Both the position numbers and the translations under genes were made by a program. Below, in pieces: positions 26,029 through 37,586 of a stretch of 64,000 nt of DNA (within the stretch, counting starts at the first letter, position 1; each line of letters opens with the position of its first letter). The stretch is from Azolla caroliniana (taxonomy: Eukaryota > Plantae > Polypodiophyta). Under the pieces are notes generated by a model. It ran no database searches and had not been told where the DNA came from. It saw nothing but the letters and a program-made list of their open reading frames with translations. The stretch covers positions 10,974,001 to 11,038,000 of the forward strand of contig JBHGNT010000013.1 in the NCBI GenBank assembly GCA_043228905.1, in the 5' to 3' direction.

Positions 26029-28639
26029 ACGTACGAAGTCATTGCGGACTTTGAAAGGGAAACTAGGGCGCATCAGATCGCTCGAGTAGACACCAAGTAC
26101 AAGGCTGTGGACCAGAAGGTGAAGCCTGTAACGGCTCCCTTACCTGAAGACAACTGGGAACGAATAAAGGGGGTCGCTTACCGACCCCAATTTACGAGAT
26201 CTGGCCGGCATAGGCACTGTTTTACCAAGAAAACACTGCGAGAGCTGAAGATAAGTGGGGGTGGCTTCCTACTGCCGACAGAAGAGGACCGGTTCAAGAG
26301 GATGCTCGAGAGACATGGGAAAGCCTTCACATTCTCACCAGGAGAGATCGGGTGCGTGGACCATTATCGAACCAATGGTGATCTTTACGGTGCCACACGT
26401 GTCATGGAGTTTCAAGCCGATTCAGGTACCGAGAGCTCACATGCCGATGTTGATGGAGCTCCTTAACCAGAAAGTGGATCCGGGCATCCTCGAACTGTCG
26501 AGTGCCCCTTACTCTAAGTGGTGGTTTACGGTACTGAAGAAGAACGGTTCGCTATGCTTCATCCAGGATCTACAACCGGTCAATAAAGTGACCATCTGCA
26601 ATACGGGAGTCGGACTGTCAATCGATGAGTTCATGGAAACCTTCGCAAGAAGGTCCATATACTCGGTCGGAGACCTATACCCAGGGTACGACCAATTCCA
26701 GCTGTCGTAGAAAGCAGGGACATCACGATGATGCGAACCCTTTTGGCCTAGTTCGGATGTGCAGCTTGCCACAGGGAGGAACCACCTCGGTGGCCCACAT
26801 GGTGAACGCAATGAACAGAGTTCTGAGGGACTGCATCCCGAGCATCACCATGTCATTCCTGGATGACATCCCTATAAAGGGATGTCCAGAGGACACAAAG
26901 GATGAATCGATCGGAGCGGATGGGTGCCGAAGGTTTTTCGCGGACCACATCTCCGACTGTGAGAAGATATTGCAGAGGCTCGAGGGGGCGCGACTTACCT
27001 TCTCTAGGGAGAAGTCGGACTTCGGACAACCCGAGATCTTAGTCATTGGCCACATGTGTGGGTCGTATGGCCGGAAGCCATCCCTGGCCAAGGTAGAGGC
27101 TATCGTGGAAATGAAGGAGGAGTGCGGATCCGTCACGGAGGTCTGACGTTTCTTGGGAGAATGCGTCTTCTACCACATATGGGTCCCTCATTACGCACAC
27201 ATCGTCGAACCACTCTACGGCTTGCTAAAGAAGAGCAGGAAATTCGAATGGGCAGAAGAACATACCAAGGCGGTCTGGAGGCTAAAACGAACACTTACCG
27301 CAGCACCGGCTTTGCGCAAGGCAGTATACACACCGGCAACTCCGGTTTACATCACGGTGGACACCAGCTCGACCGGAATTGGGTGGGTTGTAAATCAGGA
27401 AGACGAAGACGACACGAGCTTGCCTATCCGGTTCGTTGCGAAGGTATTGAGCGAGCGACAACGAGGATACACCCAAGTCAAGCGCGAACTGTGGGGTATC
27501 GTTTCAGCGGTTAAGGTCGACAATGACTACTTAATCGGGATAGAAGTAATCATAGAAATAGACTGCCTGCCGATTCTCAGTATGGTCTCCGGATGCGCAC
27601 CTCCTGACTTGGCCATGCTCAGGTGGATTGCGTACATCAAGTCCCTGAACCTAGAGATACGACACATCTCAGGAAAAGACAACGTCATGGCCGATATGCT
27701 TTCCAGAGCAAGGTTCAAGAACAAGGACGGCATGGTATCGGAAGAAGAAGAAGTAGGCGCAAACTTCTTCAAATCGGCGAGGACGAGGGTCAAAAGGCGA
27801 AGCACTCCGCCCCTGAACAAGTTTGACGAGGATGACTACGATGGGGAGTTGCTTCTAACCGGGAGATTCCTAAGAACAATGATGATGGACGCCTCGATGA
27901 GTAGGGAAGAAGCAAGTTAGCTCCGGAAAAAGGCGTACCGGTACTTCCGGCGGAACGCGAAAATCTGGAGACTCCCGAAGAGGTGAAATGATGCACCACT
28001 CCAGGTAATGGCACGGGTAGAGGATCAAGGGGGACTAATATCAGAATTCCACGAAAGCCTTGGGCCGGGCACTAGGGTACATGGGCCACGTTCGAGAAGC
28101 TAAAGGAGAAATAATAGTGGCCGGGCATATATAAGAGCGTGCACGACTTCGTGTCAACATACGAAAGCTGCCAGATGCACTCGGTGGTTTGACACCGCGA
28201 CAAACTGCACCCAACATACCCACCGACCGTGCACTTCAGGTGGATGGTCGACTTAGTGACGATGCCGATGGGAGAAGTCTAGAAGTGATACCTGGTGCTA
28301 GCAAGGGAATACCTAATGAACCAAGTAGAGGGCCGAGCACGAACAAACAAGAACACCGCGACGGTGTGCAAGTTTCTGATCGAGGATGTCATATGCCGAT
28401 ACGGGTGTGTAGGAAAGATTGTGGCTGACCGAGGGGAGCTAAATGTAGAGAAGGCCAAGGAACTGTTCGACCGGTTAGGCGTAAAACTGTCCCTCACAAC
28501 GGCGTACAACCCCGAAGTAAATGGAAAGATTGAGCGAGGCCACGGTCCAATGTTAAAGGCCATTGTGCGCGCGTGCGAAGGACGAGTTGGTGATTGGTCG
28601 AGGTTGCTCCCTTATGCGCTATGGGCAAACAGGACTACC

Positions 28640-28675
28640 AACACGTTCGCGTTCACAAGTGGAAGGATCGCGCAT
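28640..28675 (+). repeat. Left TIR
   Basis: AACACGTTCGCGTTCACAAGTGGAAGGATCGCGCAT. Confidence 0.95.
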
Positions 28676-28997
28676 AAATGGAAGGATAAGGGAAATTTTA
28701 GGGGTTTTTCAATGATTTTACAAAACACATTGATACCAGTATCATACAAGTTCAAACATACTATGAAAAAGGTTAAAAATCCACTATTTTCGTGATTTAG
28801 AAGTAACTAAAAAAAGACGAATTTCAAAAACATACATTCTCAATTTATATCACAAACTTTACAACCAATGTTATTTTATAAGAAACGATTTTTGGGAAAT
28901 CATAAGAATTCAAAACACATGATTTTATATTACTCGATTTGTTACAAGCGGAATGTAGTTACACTTAATAGCCAAATATACATTCATGATCACTCCT

Positions 28998-31778
28998 TTA
29001 CGGAGAATCACTACTATAACTAATATACAATGACGATTCCTCCTCATCATCCTCGGATGTACCAATCAGTGCATTATCTTCGTCATAAACCAAATGGTTT
29101 GACTCTAGATTATATGTAGCAGATCTCGTTTGCCTTTGACTCGAGCCACCTTGTAGACCTGGTAATTTTTCTTTTATTATATCTATTGTTGACTTCCTTA
29201 ATCGTCCGGCTTTTGTAAGTGTGAAGTCGTACACGATGATATCCACATCAGAGATATCAAGGGTCGAGGTGTTACGAATGTTTCGCTTCCTCTTCCTACC
29301 TCCCCTTCTTGTTTGGCATTCAATCATCTCCAATGTATACTTACCTGTAAAAGCATTTGCACTTCTAGTGTTGTACCAATGAACATTTATAGACTTGATC
29401 GTGTTATCTATTTCATGCATTAGCACTTCTAGAATTTTACCAACCCAAAATTGGTGGCCATGTGAGTTCTCATCAGCCGGCGTTGCAATCAACATCCCCG
29501 CGGTGAGCTCTTGCAAATTTCCTTGCCATCTAGCTTCGGCTGCTTTGGTCATCCTTGGTCCCACATAAATGTCTCTTTGTTGTGGATGGACCAAGCTGTC
29601 ATTAATCGCATTTACTAGTCGCTCCGGACTTCTATTTACGCGATCATGTTGCAGCGACCATGTGAATGGCGTTTCCAAATTCCAATTATCAACAGATACA
29701 CAATTGTCTATAATTTCTTTCTGATCACTATAAAATACATCCCACCATGACGTGTCTTGTTGTGCGGCATATTTCTTGGCGGCCTCAATATGTTTTCTTT
29801 TTTCTTCTAAGGCTTGGAGCCATGACCGTTTTTGTTCTAATACCAAGTCGCTCTGCAACTGTCCTTTCTTCTCAATTGGCATTTGCTTAGCTCCATGGAC
29901 AATTGTACTCGGCATACAAAGTAATAACTGGCAACCACCTTCAGGTTCCCATGTTGTAGAAGATGAATATTGTTTAGCATACAAAAGTGTAGAACCACTT
30001 ATTCCATTTTTCTTTATAAAAAAAATGTGATTGAAACTTATATTGTTTAACTGAGCAAGCACTTTAACATTCCCACCACCTCCATCTAATATATATCTCT
30101 TAAAGTCATATACCTCCTTCAAGTGTAACACTTTTGGGCGTGGTGTATATGCATCACAAATGACATCAAATAGTTTAGGTAAAGTGAAAGCATCATGCCG
30201 AGACAACTGTCTGGAGAATGTGCTAAACATCTGATCTATATGGTCATGTGTGTGGCCAACCAAAAGGAAATTGACTTTCACTTTCCTAAACAATTCTAAG
30301 TTGACCAACATACTTAGATAGCCAAATACAGTTGAATTTTTGTTCTCTCTAGCAGTATTATCCAATTGAATGTATAGAACAGGGGGGAAAGGTTGTCCCC
30401 AAGACATCAAAACTCGGTGAATCACTGTAACTGTTAGGTTAGGGTCATTGTGAACATTGGGGTAAGTAATGAAGACGTGAGGTCGAACAGACCTATTATA
30501 AGCCAAGCATCCCACCAAGTGAATTTGAACAAGGCACTCATCATTGACATCTTTGGGGAGCCTCCGCATATGCGGCAAGCATGTCTTCTTCTGGTCCATG
30601 CCATCTATCATTAAGCACATGTATTGTTCAGGCCTCTTCAAACACTTCTCTCTATGATGCATCGTCTTCCTTCGTTCTAAGGATTGTGCCTCGCGATGCT
30701 CTTGTAGTAACTTCTTACTCGTATCCTTTTCCATTGATGTCTTTGCACCTTTAGCCAAACTTTTAAGATTTGCACAAATGGAGCAATAACCCATACGTAC
30801 TTTACGAGGAATAATAACATTTGAAAACCGAGCTCTCCATAATCTTGTGAATTGGCTATAGGTGATAGACTTATTACGTGAGCCCAGCATTTCAGATCGA
30901 TAGACATCATAAACTTCCCGACGGGTATAATTATCAGAAAGATGCATCCTACCTGTAGTGGGCATTACTTCACAATTTAACTGAAAGTAAGTTTTCATCC
31001 AGCCAATAGCTAGTCTTCCAATTGCACCTTTCATACTTGGAACCTCTTTACAATTGAGCATCTGATCCCCGCTAAGTAGACGTTGTTGTACTCTATGTAG
31101 CCGCATGTTACTAACACATAACACAATTTTGAATGCAACTCTACATATCTGTTGCGCATGGAAGATATAATACTCGAATGATACTTTGATCCCCGTACAT
31201 TTGTCGGTTACTAGTTGCATATGTGATCCGAGGTAAGTGTCTTGCTCATCACCGGTCATCGAAAAATAGTATCGCCTTAATTCTCGCAACTTTGATTTTC
31301 CAATCATAGACATACAACCACGGGCACAACATATTTTGTTGACATCAAATCCAATCTGTTTATCTGATGTCACCAAGCTAAATCTAGCCAGACGAATTCT
31401 TCGTGGGATTCTTCTAATATGCATAGGGCTCCCAGATTTCTCTTCCTGCATAGAGGTTGGTGTAACCTTGTTACAGTCTAATTCTCTGTTCTGACCATCG
31501 CCAATGTTATTCAATGTTTCCTGGGCACTTCCTTCATTCCCGGTATCTTTATTAATATCGTATTCTTCAATAGAGAACCCTTCACATGTGTCATTATTTG
31601 CATTCCCTGTAGATGAGCTCAGACAATATTCTTCGATAGAATATGGTGAGTCGGTCGAAAGACAATATTCTTCAATCGAATATGGTGACTCTGTTGATAA
31701 ACAATACTCTTCAGTAGAAAACGATGTGTCTGATGACAAACAATATTCTTCAATCGAGAACGGTGAATCTTCACTCAT
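28998..31778 (-). CDS. Sola-like DDD transposase, 926 aa, uninterrupted
   Basis: Motifs MIDGMDQKK, LYIQLDNTARENKN and FLLVGHTHDHIDQMFS; Cys clusters CCARGC, ICRVAF, CSICANL; lies inside TIRs with a 4-bp TSD. Superfamily assigned from recalled motifs. Confidence 0.82.
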   Translation of the reverse strand: MSEDSPFSIEEYCLSSDTSFSTEEYCLSTESPYSIEEYCLSTDSPYSIEEYCLSSSTGNANNDTCEGFSIEEYDINKDTGNEGSAQETLNNIGDGQNRELDCNKVTPTSMQEEKSGSPMHIRRIPRRIRLARFSLVTSDKQIGFDVNKICCARGCMSMIGKSKLRELRRYYFSMTGDEQDTYLGSHMQLVTDKCTGIKVSFEYYIFHAQQICRVAFKIVLCVSNMRLHRVQQRLLSGDQMLNCKEVPSMKGAIGRLAIGWMKTYFQLNCEVMPTTGRMHLSDNYTRREVYDVYRSEMLGSRNKSITYSQFTRLWRARFSNVIIPRKVRMGYCSICANLKSLAKGAKTSMEKDTSKKLLQEHREAQSLERRKTMHHREKCLKRPEQYMCLMIDGMDQKKTCLPHMRRLPKDVNDECLVQIHLVGCLAYNRSVRPHVFITYPNVHNDPNLTVTVIHRVLMSWGQPFPPVLYIQLDNTARENKNSTVFGYLSMLVNLELFRKVKVNFLLVGHTHDHIDQMFSTFSRQLSRHDAFTLPKLFDVICDAYTPRPKVLHLKEVYDFKRYILDGGGGNVKVLAQLNNISFNHIFFIKKNGISGSTLLYAKQYSSSTTWEPEGGCQLLLCMPSTIVHGAKQMPIEKKGQLQSDLVLEQKRSWLQALEEKRKHIEAAKKYAAQQDTSWWDVFYSDQKEIIDNCVSVDNWNLETPFTWSLQHDRVNRSPERLVNAINDSLVHPQQRDIYVGPRMTKAAEARWQGNLQELTAGMLIATPADENSHGHQFWVGKILEVLMHEIDNTIKSINVHWYNTRSANAFTGKYTLEMIECQTRRGGRKRKRNIRNTSTLDISDVDIIVYDFTLTKAGRLRKSTIDIIKEKLPGLQGGSSQRQTRSATYNLESNHLVYDEDNALIGTSEDDEEESSLYISYSSDSP

Positions 31779-32415
31779 GGCTTAAGGTCTAGATAGGGCT
31801 CTCTAAGTTATACTCCTCTCTAACCATATACTCCTCCCTAAACATAAACTTCTCTCTAAACAAAAGCCAAATCAATAGAATGTCTATATTATGTAATATT
31901 CTATTAAAATACAATACATCTAAAAATTATTTTTAATAAAGTAATTTAACTTAAATTATCAATCATTATATAAACTAGATCTAAATGATGTTAAATCAAG
32001 TAAAATATAAAACTAATCATTAACAAGCCTTGAATATGTTGGATTAATGTTAAAATCATTGGCTAATTAATGACACCCATTTTGATATAGAACGTCTCAC
32101 TCATTGATTCTTTAAGGCTCACCATTTTAATTATTAGACTTATCAATCATTGAGAGTCATAAAATTTTTTGCTTTTAGTAATCAATCATTGGTACATTCA
32201 TGAACCTCTATCATTGTCTCCTTCATAACCTTTGAAGTGATTGTAGGTTGTTATGAGTATAAAAGATTGATCAATATATTAGTTTGACTTTGTAATCATT
32301 AATACAATCATAAGTTACTATAGTTAATGTGACTATGGTTACAAACTAACTATCCTCAAAGTTACCAACATTGGTTAAGATGACTATGGTTACTTTAACC
32401 ATGGGTTCAATCCCT

Positions 32416-32424
32416 ATAAATAGG
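32416..32424 (+). promoter_or_regulatory. Putative TATA box of the cargo gene
   Basis: TATAAATA about 25-30 nt upstream of a TCACT initiator-like site and ~155 nt upstream of ATG 32574. Confidence 0.55.
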
Positions 32425-32448
32425 AAGACCTCATCATATTTCACTCAC

Positions 32449-32530
32449 CAGAGCGTACAGAGCGTACAGAGCACTCAGAGCACACAGAGCACACAGAGAG
32501 CACAGAGCACACAGAGCACTCAAGGCACAA
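32449..32530 (+). repeat. 9-bp tandem repeat (CAGAGCACA-like, ~8 copies) in the putative 5' UTR
   Basis: cagagcgta cagagcgta cagagcact cagagcaca... Confidence 0.85.
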
Positions 32531-32573
32531 AGCACGAAAGCGCGATCTCCGCCTCCACACAACACGATCAACC

Positions 32574-35500
32574 ATGTCTTCCAAGAGAGTCGAGCGCGAG
32601 GAGTCCAGGTAGGCCTCTGACACTGTGGACATTTTTGTAAATATGTTTCGTTTCCCGAAAAACTCGATACGACGTATCGAGTTCATGTATACAATACAAA
32701 TATTTAAACACGAACTCGATACGGCGTATCGAGTTCGTGTGTAAATATTTGTATTGTATACACGAACTCGATACGCCGTATCGAGTTCGTGTTTAAAGTA
32801 TAGGTTTTAAACACGAACTCGATACGCCGTATCGAGTTCGTGTTTAAAAGGTAAGTTTTAAACACGAACTCGATACGCCGTATCGAGTTAGTGTTTAAAG
32901 TGTAGCCTTTGGGAGAGAAAAATCGTTTAAGGGGTGGAAATGTTATCAAATTGTCTGTCAAAATCAGTCTTTTTATGTTGAGTTTACTTACTTCTAAACA
33001 AATACAAGCTCTAATTATAGGTGATTTTTGACCTACTTTGGCTTAAAATAGTAGAAAATGATCTACAAATTGCATTCACTATGGCAAATTCTCATCAATA
33101 TAGGTTTAGAATCTATATAAGTCATATCTACTATTTAAAAGAATATATAACCCGTTTTACTTATTACGATATATATTTTCTAGGTTGAATAGCCATGCCT
33201 ACAATAGATTTTTGAATATGTTACTGCTCCTAGAAACTGTTCTTCATTATAATAACAACTTCAATCTACGTAACTGTCTAACTTATGTTTTTGCATATAC
33301 TTTCTTAAATAGGTCGTTTGAGAATCTGTTAGACCGACCCGTGAAGAAAATTAAGCTTCGCATACAAGGTTCTCCAATCGAAGCCCAGACCAAGGTAACT
33401 CCGGAGTCCATAAAGAGAGGAAAAAAGCTTCTATTTAACGAAGAGACAAAATCTCAGCCCCATAGTGATGTAAGCCAAAAGAAAATTGTCGCCGCTACTG
33501 GAGGCGAAGACCTTCCTGACCGAGATCTAACGGACAAGGAATGGTGTATGCAATATATCGACTCAAAGAAAAAAGTCGTATTGTATACAGCAAAGAAGAA
33601 GGGTGAGGGGCAGCTAGGAAAAGAAACTCCATTTATGTATGGCCGAATTCTACGATTTGACTACGAAGATGCAGATTCGGCCAACATACTGGTAATGATA
33701 GAGTGCTCCAAGGGGGTACGCAAAGTGTTCCTTTCAGAAGACCTTTTAGTAAAGGAATCTTGTGGGCCTGAAGTGTTCAAAAAAGCACTTGATAACTCAC
33801 AAAACCTGATTGTTACCTTGAGGCCTTATATACAAGGCCATGTAACTCTACGAGATGAAGAGCCCTCCCACTTGAAGGCCACTAAAAAGGTATCCAAAGT
33901 CCAGTCAAGACCAGCCAAGAAGAAGACAACGAAAATGTCGGATACGGATTCGACAAGTGACAATGAGGAAGAGGATAATAAGGGGACGCCAGGAGCCGAG
34001 CTGGCCTCGGGTGTTTTGTCATCCGAGCAGAATAAAATAAGAAGAGAGTTAATGCAACGGAAGTTGGTCAGGAAAGGCCAAGTATTTAATTTGCCTATAA
34101 CACACATCCATCGGCCCCCTATTGATGAAAAAACAGGTCGAAGACCACTTGAGATTAGAGAGCCTCATCGCATGCATGTTCAAAATCTCAAGAAAAAAAT
34201 GAAAATTAATCCACATGCCACAGTGGTGCCTTTTATTGTTATGGTGGATCCTGAAGAATGTGAAACCATTGAAGATTTTGATATCAGAAAGCATGATCAA
34301 TATAATTATTTTGTCATTGGTGGATCGCATTCAGCAGAGGCACGTCGACAACTTGTCAGAGAACATCCAACCACTTTCTTCTTCAAGTATGCCGAGTGCA
34401 AAATATATGTTGGGCTCACAACCGAAGAGGCTAAACTGTTGGCATGGGACCATAATAATGATAATGACTATAGGCAGAAAATGTCGTCTATTGAGCGAAT
34501 CCGGTTCTTCCACCACGAGTATTTAGATGTGAAACAAAAGTTTGGTGTGAAGTTACATCCAGGCCTTCGACGTCAATGTCTTCATGAAGTCGGCATTGTG
34601 GTAGATGATAATGTTAGGTCCGATGGTCTTCGAAAGTATGAATCTTGGTTTCAATTGGCGTTTAGAGATGGAGAAGTATGGGACCTCCAAGATCAAATCT
34701 TCTCAATGTGGGAGAATAAGGAGGTAAAGGGTCAACGACAAAAGAAATGTAGGGTTGACCCTCAACTAGAATTAAAGTCACAAGCCGCCAAGAGAATTGA
34801 CTTGACAATTGAAGAAGCGGCAGACGACATGAAGCTGTCTCTATGGAGAGCGATGCAAGGTATTAAGGACGAGCAGCTTCTTGTGTCCGTTTTGTCAAGG
34901 GTTGTGGCGAAAGATATAAGCCTTGAAGAAATGGTCACCGAGTTCAATAAGTAAGTCTTTCAAATACTGAAATTGTAGTCTATCTGGTGTAATTCAAAGT
35001 TCTAATCTTGATTTCTAATTTTACAGTCATAAGGTGTACATGAAGATCCAAGAAGTAATGATGAAACAACTTGGATGTATAACTTGGGAACAAGTGACCG
35101 AGGATTATCCTCTAACGTCTTCGTATAAGGCGTTATCAGAGTATTTTATTGCATTCAAGGATTGGGTTAGTATTGATATTTTTTCATTACCCTTTCATCA
35201 TATGTAGAGGTTGCGTAATAATACCTGATGTCCTATTGCTTCTATTAGAAACCGTGTCGAGGCAAGAAACAAGGAGAAGTTAAGGATATACACGATTTCC
35301 CTACATCCTTCCTTGCACATCTCGAGCGAGCTAGAAAAGAAAAGGATCGTCGCTTAGTCAAGACGTACGAAATGGAGGAAGATGGCTCGTTTAAAAAATT
35401 TAGCCACAAGAAAGATATAACGAGAGATCTTTACTACAATGTGGTTTGCGGTGATGTCATCGACTTGATCCAGAAGGTGCCAAAGAAGGAATATACGCTA

Positions 35501-36538
35501 ATGATTGCGGATATTCCTTACGGATTTCGAATGGCTGGGTCATCATACGACGATGAACCGTTTAGGTTTAAACAATTGGAGAAGATGGTCAAGGATTTCG
35601 CTGAGCTAACGACCGCATCCTTGTGGCGAATAGTTGTCTTTCATAGTATGGACCAAGGGTACTCGGTAGCTCAAGCTTTGAGATCTCGTTGCCATGGCAT
35701 CGAGAACCTTGCATGGTAAGGATTATTTATAGGTGTCTTTCATTATATTGCAATTCTTAAGGTTGTTGAATCTATTTTTAACTCGATGAATTATTTTTTA
35801 TAGGATCAAGACCAATGTAAATAGAGGGCCAACTTTTCGGTTCGTTAATGCCATTGAATACATAACGGTTGGCTACTTCGATGAAATTAAAAAACAGAGA
35901 ATCAAAGAGCATTCTAATGAAGTGGGAGGTTCAAATCTGTTGGTATATCCAGCAGTGACTCGGAAATTGCGACATGTCACCACGACAGAACGGGGACTTG
36001 TCAACCCATACCAAAAACCTCAACGACTTATGATGCGCTTGATCGAGATGTTTTCTGTCGAAGGAGACTGGATATTAGATCTCTTTTCTGGCACAGGTAT
36101 TCCTCGAACTAGGGTAACGATCTTGAGATAACCAATCCCTTTTTTTTCGTTTGACAACTAAATCTTCTTGTTACTTACATCACAGGAACTACGTCAGCAT
36201 GTGCATTGAAGCTGTTTAGGAATACAGTTGCATTGGAGAAGGACGAGGACCAAGTTATATTTATTAATATGCGGATTAAGGCTTTGTGGGAGTGCCCAGA
36301 CCAGGATGAGGAGGTCGGTGCAAAGAACCTCGCCAATACAGAAAGGTTTCAACCCGCTTCGCGAGAGCCTATTCCTCCGTTAGCCGGCGAACCGGGAGAG
36401 CTAATAGAGCTTGATGATGAGCTTATAGAAGATATTTCGTTGGCCCGGCTAACAGGGGAAACCAATGCACGTATAGCCGAAGACAGTTCTACACAAGATG
36501 ATGAAGAAAATGACGTAGATGAATTGATTGCTATGTAA
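32574..36538 (+). CDS. Spliced ParB/Srx-like domain + beta-class N6-adenine/N4-cytosine DNA methyltransferase-like protein, ~974 aa
   Basis: Exons 32574-32608, 33313-34950, 35027-35165, 35249-35715, 35804-36096 and 36186-36538; all introns GT-AG and phase-consistent, 2925 nt with no internal stop. Motifs YFVIGGSHSAEAR (ParB-like), GDVIDLI..LMIADIPYG (motif IV-like), WIKTN..E, NPYQKP..LM..LIE.FS.EGDWILDLFSGTGTT (motifs X and I), ALEKD. Confidence 0.85.
32661..32896. repeat. Array of five palindromes in intron 1 of the cargo gene
   Basis: ACACGAACTCGATACG-N-CGTATCGAGTTCGTGT centred at 32672, 32724, 32776, 32827 and 32878. Confidence 0.95.
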
Positions 36539-37550
36539 TAGACTCTATAAAGAATATGACACTGACGATTTGTTAAGATTTCACATTATTAATACAAATT
36601 TTGGGTTTTACCTAGTGGATTCTATTCTTTATAATCATCTATATGTTTCAATTTTATTTTTATATACCTCATTAGTAGATTTATGATATTGGTTTCACCG
36701 CGTGCATAGCTGACTACCAAACTTATGGAGAAACATGAACTAGCTTAAAAGGAGGCTGATTTTGGTCCAAGCTAACCTTAACAGAACATGGCCCTATAAT
36801 TATTGCCATGACTGTCCATGTTGTTATTATGGATCTTTGTCTTATATTGTTAAAACAGGTCTAGTTTCTATTCCATTGCTGCTTAGATTGTGTAGTGTGT
36901 TGATAATGGTTCCAGTTGCGTTATCGTTCGGAGTTTGATCTTGTGTGAATCACCTAAGCAATAGAGTAGATCAATTTTAAATATAGGTATGAAAGCCTAA
37001 TAGGTTTGTTATTTCCACGACATTATCCTAAAGTTCACTGCCTTACATTGTGCACAATTATATACACATATGGTTTGATCCCATATGAACAAACTGAGGA
37101 ATAGATTAGATCAACTTTTAATATAAGTATTGAATACTTTAATAAGTTAGTTATTCCAATCACTTATCCTAATGTGCACTATCCTACATTTTCGACAATT
37201 ACATACATGCACGTATGGGTCAAAGTATAAATTATATCTCATTTTATTAGTATGGATACAAGTACACCTCATAATTTTGTAAAACCTACCTAATTAATAT
37301 AAGTCTTTAAGTTAGTGTTTCCCTTGTCGCACAATAGTGCCATATTGAGCCATAGTTGAACTTTATTTAGATACATTAACTTATCAACATGTCTAAACTT
37401 GCATGATTTCTAATGATCTCCACTCGTAGATCTATCATGTATTTTTATATTTGCAAATTCTTATCAAGTTGAGGAACATGTGATACTAGTGCATCCAATT
37501 ATTGTAGAGAGGGTGTATTTGCTTCGTTTTAAGAAGATTCTACAAGTGGA

Positions 37551-37586
37551 ATGCGCAATCCTTCCACTTGTGAACGCGAACGTGTT
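37551..37586 (-). repeat. Right TIR
   Basis: ATGCGCAATCCTTCCACTTGTGAACGCGAACGTGTT, reverse complement of the left TIR with 1 mismatch. Confidence 0.95.

Larger units (their letters stand above)
28640..37586. mobile_element. Intact TIR DNA transposon (Sola-like), 8,947 bp, with transposase and ParB-methyltransferase cargo
   Basis: 36-bp TIRs with 1 mismatch; 4-bp TSD TACC (28636-28639, 37587-37590); excision restores the host integrase frame WANRTT-HSSVTGYM. Confidence 0.93.

Noticed and set aside
32661-32896. CRISPR array
   Set aside because: Spacers are only ~18 bp, AT-rich and related to each other, there are no cas genes, and the array is in an intron of a eukaryotic gene.
33185-33312. 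N-terminus of ORF 33185-34954 as called by the ORF track
   Set aside because: TTG start in AT-rich intron-like sequence; the acceptor at 33312 joins in phase to exon 32574-32608.
28640-37586. Bacterial contamination or prophage, or a CACTA/PIF two-gene element
   Set aside because: The cargo has spliceosomal introns and the element has a clean TSD inside a plant retroelement; a 4-bp TSD, AACAC termini and these transposase motifs do not fit CACTA or Harbinger.
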